Shown here: positions 59,082-64,000 of the stretch, piece after piece
Layout: the number at the start of each line of letters is the position of its first letter
How positions within the stretch are numbered: position 1 is the first letter of the stretch
Origin: Propionibacteriales bacterium
GTDB taxonomy: Bacteria; Actinomycetota; Actinomycetes; Propionibacteriales; Nocardioidaceae
Length of the DNA: 64,000 nt
Reading direction: 5' to 3'
Assembly (NCBI GenBank): GCA_038242265.1
Contig: JBBSSH010000003.1
Span: 37,750-101,749, forward strand
Translations under genes and position numbers: made by a program
Notes under the pieces: model-generated
Database searches by the model: none
Told to the model about the DNA's origin: nothing
The model's input: the letters and a program-made list of their open reading frames with translations, nothing else

Positions 59082-59465
59082 GTGGCAGAGCGCACACTGC
59101 GTGGCGCGAGGCTCGGCGGCCAAAGTTTTGAGGACGAGCGCGGCATTGAGTTCGCCGCTCGTCAGCAGGTCGGTTACCGATGCAAGCAAGACCATGTCTT
59201 TGAGATCACAATGTCGGTCGAGGCCGATGTTCCGGCCGTGTGGGAGTGCCCGCGCTGCGGCGAGGAGGGCCTGAGCACAGCCGGTATCCTGCCGGACGCC
59301 AAGGTCGAGAAGCCGGCACGCACCCATTGGGACATGCTCCTGGAGCGTCGTTCGGAGAAGGAACTCGAGGACATCCTCAAGGAGCGTCTAGACCTGCTGC
59401 GCGGAGGAAAGATCGGTCCCGCGCACCTGCACCGGGCCAACGCCAAGAAGCGTAAGGTCTCCTGA
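59082..59465 (+). CDS. rbpA: RNA polymerase-binding protein RbpA
   Basis: ERTLRGARLG..SFE, Zn motif C...H...CPRCG, RTHWDMLLERRS..EL...L.ERL. Confidence 0.96.
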   Translation: MAERTLRGARLGGQSFEDERGIEFAARQQVGYRCKQDHVFEITMSVEADVPAVWECPRCGEEGLSTAGILPDAKVEKPARTHWDMLLERRSEKELEDILKERLDLLRGGKIGPAHLHRANAKKRKVS

Positions 59466-59470
59466 CCGAC

Positions 59471-59953
59471 TCAGTCGATCACGTCGCCCTGGACCACCGG
59501 CCCGTCGGCCGGAGGTCCGGGGCGATACCGATTTTCAGGGATCAACACGAGCCGGCGCTCGACCACGGTGGTCAGGAGCCTGCGGGCGATGGGCCGTGTC
59601 GCGGGCAGGATGAGAAGTACGCCCGCAGCGTCGGTGATGAAACCCGGAGTCAGCATCAAGGTCCCGCCCACGAGGATCAGCGCGGCATCTGCCAGTTCGC
59701 GGGCAGGCATCCTGCCGCCCTCGATCGCCTGACGCAGTGCGGTCCAGGCTCGGCCGCCCTCGCGTTTGATGATCCAGCCGCCGATCAGGCTGTCGAGCAC
59801 CAACAGCGCCAGGGTCCATCCCGCGCCCACCACCTTGCCCACCTGAAGGATCGCCCAGATCTCGGCGAGAGGCAGGACGACGAAGCACCCGATCAGCACC
59901 CACGTGAGCCATCCCCTGCGACGACGGGACCGGGGACTCCGGGGGTGAGTCAT
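59471..59953 (-). CDS. fxsA: FxsA family membrane protein
   Basis: LAEIWAILQVG, LLIL-type GG.LM.TPGFITDAAG.LL..P.TR. Confidence 0.9.
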   Translation of the reverse strand: MTHPRSPRSRRRRGWLTWVLIGCFVVLPLAEIWAILQVGKVVGAGWTLALLVLDSLIGGWIIKREGGRAWTALRQAIEGGRMPARELADAALILVGGTLMLTPGFITDAAGVLLILPATRPIARRLLTTVVERRLVLIPENRYRPGPPADGPVVQGDVID

Positions 59954-60711
59954 TGCCGGTTCCCCCGGTGCCCTCGCCTACGCAACTGCTGGAGGCGTTC
60001 GGAGAGCCCCCACCGAGTGATCATCTTGAGTGACTCACCAGCGACCTGTCCGCTCATCTTCGAGTCACCACGCTCACGCTCGATGAACTCGATCGGCACC
60101 TCGGCCACCTTCATGCCCCGTGAAATCGTGCGGTAGGCGAGATCGGTCTGGAAGACATAGCCCGTGGAACGCACCTGGGCCAGATCAATCCGCTCCAGCG
60201 TCGCGCGGCGGAACAACCGGAACCCCGCGGTCGCGTCCTTGACCTTGATCCCCAGCAGCAGCCGGACGTAGAGGTTGCCTCCCCGCGACAGCACCAGGCG
60301 CTGCAGTGGCCAGTTGACCACCGACCCGCCCGGGACATAACGCGAACCGATCACCAGATCTGCAGACGACAGGGCCTTCAGAAGACGGTGCAGTTGCTCG
60401 GGTTGGTGTGACCCGTCGGCATCCATCTCACCGATGACGTCGTAGCCAGCGGCCAGGGCCACGTCGAATCCGTTGAGGTAGGCGGCACCGAGGCCCGCCT
60501 TCTGTGTCCTGTGCACGACCGAGACGGCATCGTCGTGCGCAGCAAGGCGATCTGCAATGTCGCCGGTTCCGTCAGGGCTGTTGTCGTCGACGATCATGAT
60601 GTCCACGTCTGGCTGGGCCGCCCTGAGTCTTCCGACGATCCATTCGATGTTCTCGGACTCGTTGTAGGTGGGGATGACCATCACGCAACGACCAAGACCT
60701 TCGACACTCAC
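59950..60711 (-). CDS. ppm1: Polyprenol monophosphomannose synthase (GT2)
   Basis: IPTYNE.EN, VDDNSPDGTG, GLGAAY, EMDADGSHQP, GSRYVPGG. Confidence 0.93.
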   Translation of the reverse strand: MSVEGLGRCVMVIPTYNESENIEWIVGRLRAAQPDVDIMIVDDNSPDGTGDIADRLAAHDDAVSVVHRTQKAGLGAAYLNGFDVALAAGYDVIGEMDADGSHQPEQLHRLLKALSSADLVIGSRYVPGGSVVNWPLQRLVLSRGGNLYVRLLLGIKVKDATAGFRLFRRATLERIDLAQVRSTGYVFQTDLAYRTISRGMKVAEVPIEFIERERGDSKMSGQVAGESLKMITRWGLSERLQQLRRRGHRGNRQ

Positions 60712-62249
60712 GCGTTACCACCTTGCTCCGACGACTTGGGTGGCCGGCGGTCGCCAGCTCTGCGTCGACGATAGGTGAGGACTCCCCAGAACGCATGAGT
60801 AGCCACGAAAGCCATCGTCATTCGTGCTGGCCAGGAGCCCAGTCGGACCGCTGGCGTGAGGCTGGAATGGAGCGAGACTGTCTCGACCAGCACTGCCTGG
60901 GTCCGGGCGCCGGCCGATGTCACTACGGTGCCGTCGGGTGCAACCACTCCAGAGATGCCGTTGATGGCAGCCACCACCACCCAACGGTGCGTCTCGAGCG
61001 CCCGCAATCGACTGATCTCAAACTGTTGGTCCAGTTGCGCGGTCCTGCTGAACATGGCATTGCTGGTCTGCACGGTCACCAGTTGCGCGCCGCGGACGAC
61101 CTGTCCCGCGATCCCCTCGTCGTAGGCCACGTCGAAACAGATCGCGTCGGCGACCAATACGCCCGCCACATCGAGTGGTTCGAGGTCGGTGCCCCTGGCC
61201 ATGTCTCGCGGAATCATCCTGAGCTTTCCGTAGTTCGAGGGCATCAGACTGTCACGGAACGGGATGTACTCCCCGTAGGGAACCGGGTGTCTTTTGGTGT
61301 AGCGATCTCCGCCGCCGAGCCCCGGACGGAAGACGATGCCCTGGTTGAGCACCTGGGTGTCGTCGAGCGGGTCATCGGCCATGCCTCCCACCATGATCGG
61401 CACTTCGATGGCTTCAGTGGCGGTACGGATGCCGGCGTTGATGCCCGCATCGCTGAAGGGGTCGACTGCAGTCGAATTCTCCGGCCACACCACGAAATCA
61501 GGAGCAGGTGAGGTCCCCTCAGCCACGCGCTCAGCAAGCTCGGTGGTGGCGACCACATGGTTGGCGGTGATCTCGCGGTGGAAACCCACCACGTCGGTGC
61601 CGTCGCCCGGGACATTGCCCTGGACTGCCGCCACCGTCGCCTTGACGTCGTCGCCGCTGACCTCAACCGGCGACACCAAGGTGGGAAACAGGGTCACTGT
61701 GCTCAGCGCAGCGACGGCGACGACGCTCCTACGTGGACGGGAGCGCCCTTCGGTCAGGAGCCACGCCGTCGTGGTGCCGGTGAGGGCCACCAGCAGACTC
61801 ACGCCGGTCATGCCGACCCACGGCAACGCCTCGGCCCACGGAGTGTCGGCGGTCGCGAAGGCGAGGCGACCGAAGGGCATGCCGGAGAAGGGCCACTGGC
61901 TGCGCAGGGTCTCGATGCCGACCCACCACAGGGCCGTCCACACGGGCCATCCACGGTGCCGCAGACTGAAGGACAGTCCCAGTCCCAGTGGGATGAAGAA
62001 CAGGGCCTCCAGGGTGCACATCGCCAGCCACGCGTCGGTGCCGACGGCGCGCATCCAGACCATGACGGAAAAAATGAAGGCCACTCCGAAGACGAGGGCA
62101 GGCAGCCAGGCTCGGGAGGTCTTCACGCCGCGCACCGAGAGGACCAGCGTCGCGATGCACAGCGGCATCAACCAGGCCCAGCCGATCGGCTCGAAGGCTG
62201 CCGCAAGAGCCAGCCCGCTCAGCAAGGAGGCAAGACAGCGAACCAGCAC
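60708..62249 (-). CDS. lnt: Apolipoprotein N-acyltransferase
   Basis: Catalytic triad motifs WPENS, YTKRHPVPYGE and ICFD; N-terminal TM region; upstream of ppm1. Confidence 0.95.
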   Translation of the reverse strand: MLVRCLASLLSGLALAAAFEPIGWAWLMPLCIATLVLSVRGVKTSRAWLPALVFGVAFIFSVMVWMRAVGTDAWLAMCTLEALFFIPLGLGLSFSLRHRGWPVWTALWWVGIETLRSQWPFSGMPFGRLAFATADTPWAEALPWVGMTGVSLLVALTGTTTAWLLTEGRSRPRRSVVAVAALSTVTLFPTLVSPVEVSGDDVKATVAAVQGNVPGDGTDVVGFHREITANHVVATTELAERVAEGTSPAPDFVVWPENSTAVDPFSDAGINAGIRTATEAIEVPIMVGGMADDPLDDTQVLNQGIVFRPGLGGGDRYTKRHPVPYGEYIPFRDSLMPSNYGKLRMIPRDMARGTDLEPLDVAGVLVADAICFDVAYDEGIAGQVVRGAQLVTVQTSNAMFSRTAQLDQQFEISRLRALETHRWVVVAAINGISGVVAPDGTVVTSAGARTQAVLVETVSLHSSLTPAVRLGSWPARMTMAFVATHAFWGVLTYRRRRAGDRRPPKSSEQGGNA

Positions 62250-62574
62250 GCGTCAGACGGTAACTGACCGTGCCTTGCCGCAGCGGTGCGGGAGAACCAC
62301 GGAGGCTTCGGACCAACGCGTGATCCCCCTGGCTGGGGGTCGCGCGAAGTTGTCTAAGGCCTCGGTGTTTCTCCCGCATCCGGCCACCACGGACCGCAGG
62401 CGACGGGGATTGCGCAGGTGAGCACCGCTGGCATCACGTACCCCTCAGCGCATTCCCGAATGTCGCTCGCGCCACCCGTGGGCTGCACAGGCGGACGGTC
62501 AAACTCTGCCCCTCCCGGGGAGCACTGTCAACACGGGGACGGCCCGCGAGGACCGGGGCTGACGGGGCCCAGCG

Positions 62575-62976
62575 CTAGCCAGCGGGAGGAGGGACAACGA
62601 CCGTCCCTGTCGCCGTGGTGGCCACCACGACCGGCTGCAGAAGCTCAGCGGCTCCGGGGCTGCTCTGGGTGGCTGCACCGCGGCCCACGACGTGTACGGC
62701 AAAGTCCATCACACGGCTCCGGGTGCCCTCCTTGACCAGGGTAGCGGTGATCTCGAGTACGTCACCAGCACGGACCGGAGCGCGGAACTGGACGTCGGAG
62801 TAGGAGGCGAAGAGACCTTCGTCACCGTCCAACAGGATGCACATCTCGGTGGCCACGTCGCCGAACAGGCCGAGGCTGTAGGCGCCGTCGACGAGATTGC
62901 CGGCGTAGTGGGCATGTGAGTAGGGGACGTAGCGACGATGGGTCACGATGGTGCCGACCCGCTCGGTGGTGCTCAT
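62575..62976 (-). CDS. kal: 3-aminobutyryl-CoA ammonia-lyase (hotdog fold)
   Basis: AHYAGNLVDGA..L.LFGDVATE.CI..DGDEGLF..Y..VQF.APV.AGD. Confidence 0.88.
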   Translation of the reverse strand: MSTTERVGTIVTHRRYVPYSHAHYAGNLVDGAYSLGLFGDVATEMCILLDGDEGLFASYSDVQFRAPVRAGDVLEITATLVKEGTRSRVMDFAVHVVGRGAATQSSPGAAELLQPVVVATTATGTVVVPPPAG

Positions 62977-63716
62977 GAGGCCCTTTCCTGGGCAGACGTG
63001 ATTCGGTGGACGAGGAACGAGGCGACCTCGCCGGGGGTCGTGCCGCGGCTGAAGACCCGGTCGACGCCCAGTTCGTCGGCCATCTTCTCGTCGAACCGTG
63101 GCCCGCCGACCACGAGCAGCGGCCGGCTGGCGGCCGGGTAGGCCTCCCTGAAGGCTGCCGACATCTCACGGGTGTTGAGAAGGTGGGCGTCTCGCTGGGT
63201 GACGACCTGGGAGACCAGGACCGCATCGGCCTTCTCTGCCCGGGCGGCCTCCACCAGTTCGGGCACCGAGACCTGTGCGCCGAGGTTCACGACCTTGATC
63301 TCGCGGTAGTACTCCAGGCCCTTCTCGCCAGCGAACCCCTTGATGTTGAGGATCGCGTCGATTCCGACCGTATGGGCATCGGTACCGATACAGCCACCCA
63401 CGACCACCATGCGGCGCTGCAGGGACTGCTTGAGGGAAGCGTTGGCCTCCTTGGGAGTGAGGAGGGGGTAGTCGCGCTCCACGACCTCCACGATGCTCGG
63501 ATCGACCAGATGGTTGACCCGGCCGTAGACGACGAAGAAGGTGAAGCCCTCCCCCATCGGCTTGGAGTGCGCGACCAGCGCCGGGTCCATACCCATCTTG
63601 TTGGCCAACTGGATCGCCGCGCCGTCGGCCACCTTGGAGTGCACGATGGGCAGGGTGAACGACAGTTGGACCATGCCGTCGCCGGTGGTGTCGCCGTAGG
63701 GGCGGATGAGGCTCAT
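62973..63716 (-). CDS. kamE: Beta-lysine (D-lysine) 5,6-aminomutase beta subunit
   Basis: IRPYGDT.GDG.VQLSFTLP, DAHTVGIDAILNIKG (DxHxxG cobalamin motif plus PLP Lys), LVSQVVTQ. Confidence 0.93.
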   Translation of the reverse strand: MSLIRPYGDTTGDGMVQLSFTLPIVHSKVADGAAIQLANKMGMDPALVAHSKPMGEGFTFFVVYGRVNHLVDPSIVEVVERDYPLLTPKEANASLKQSLQRRMVVVGGCIGTDAHTVGIDAILNIKGFAGEKGLEYYREIKVVNLGAQVSVPELVEAARAEKADAVLVSQVVTQRDAHLLNTREMSAAFREAYPAASRPLLVVGGPRFDEKMADELGVDRVFSRGTTPGEVASFLVHRITSAQERAS

Positions 63717-64000
63717 TCGCCCTCCAGGATTTCGGTCGCAGGGTTGTAGTAATCGGCCGCCTTGAGGGCCACGCCATCGAGGCCGCGGCCCTTGTTGGCC
63801 GGTCGCTTCATCAGCCCGAACGTGCCGTCGGCGATTGCTGCCAGTAGCGGGGGTTCGCCACGCTCGTGGGGGTCTGACTTGATGTCCTCAAGGAGGCCGA
63901 TCGCCTCCCCCAGCACCTTTCGGGCCCGGTTCGCGATGAAGCCGTCAGGAGCAGGCCTGAAGTCTTCGTGCAGGTTGCCGGCAGCGTTCATCACGTAGCG
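63713..64000 (-). CDS. kamD: Lysine 5,6-aminomutase alpha subunit, 3' end only
   Basis: I..RA..VL..A..LLE.I...LL.AI..G.FG..KRP...GRGLDGV..K...YYNP; ATGA-coupled to kamE. Confidence 0.85.
   Translation of the reverse strand, partial: RYVMNAAGNLHEDFRPAPDGFIANRARKVLGEAIGLLEDIKSDPHERGEPPLLAAIADGTFGLMKRPANKGRGLDGVALKAADYYNPATEILEGE

Overview
High-GC actinobacterial chromosome segment; gene content and style suggest Nocardioidaceae/Propionibacteriales (inference). It appears to lie at the replication terminus, since a 28-bp XerCD dif-like site sits at 43911-43938. Left to right: (1) a nitrate-respiration island with narK2-narK1, two convergent ArnR-like three-Cys HTH regulators, a hemerythrin-like/DUF2249 gene and narGHJI, closely followed by a CBS protein and an atypical cytochrome P450; (2) a secreted sulfatase; (3) the conserved actinobacterial block of two HlyC/CorC genes, pgsA2, DUF881-sbp-DUF881, gcvH, garA, MerR, DUF151, MerR, glycine riboswitch and gcvP; (4) tldD/tldE and sbcDC; (5) small housekeeping genes and a 1.4-kaa vWA/pilin-like surface protein; (6) decaying genes beside dif; (7) UvrA-like, redox, YcaQ/AlkZ and czcD genes, a Cys/His micro-protein and an XRE-HTH-MurA fusion with a perfect upstream palindrome; (8) GDPD, MFS, rbpA, fxsA, ppm1, lnt and the 3' end of a lysine-catabolism operon (kamD, kamE, kal). 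No rRNA, tRNA, CRISPR array, transposase or integrase was recognised. All family assignments come from motif recognition by eye, not database searches.
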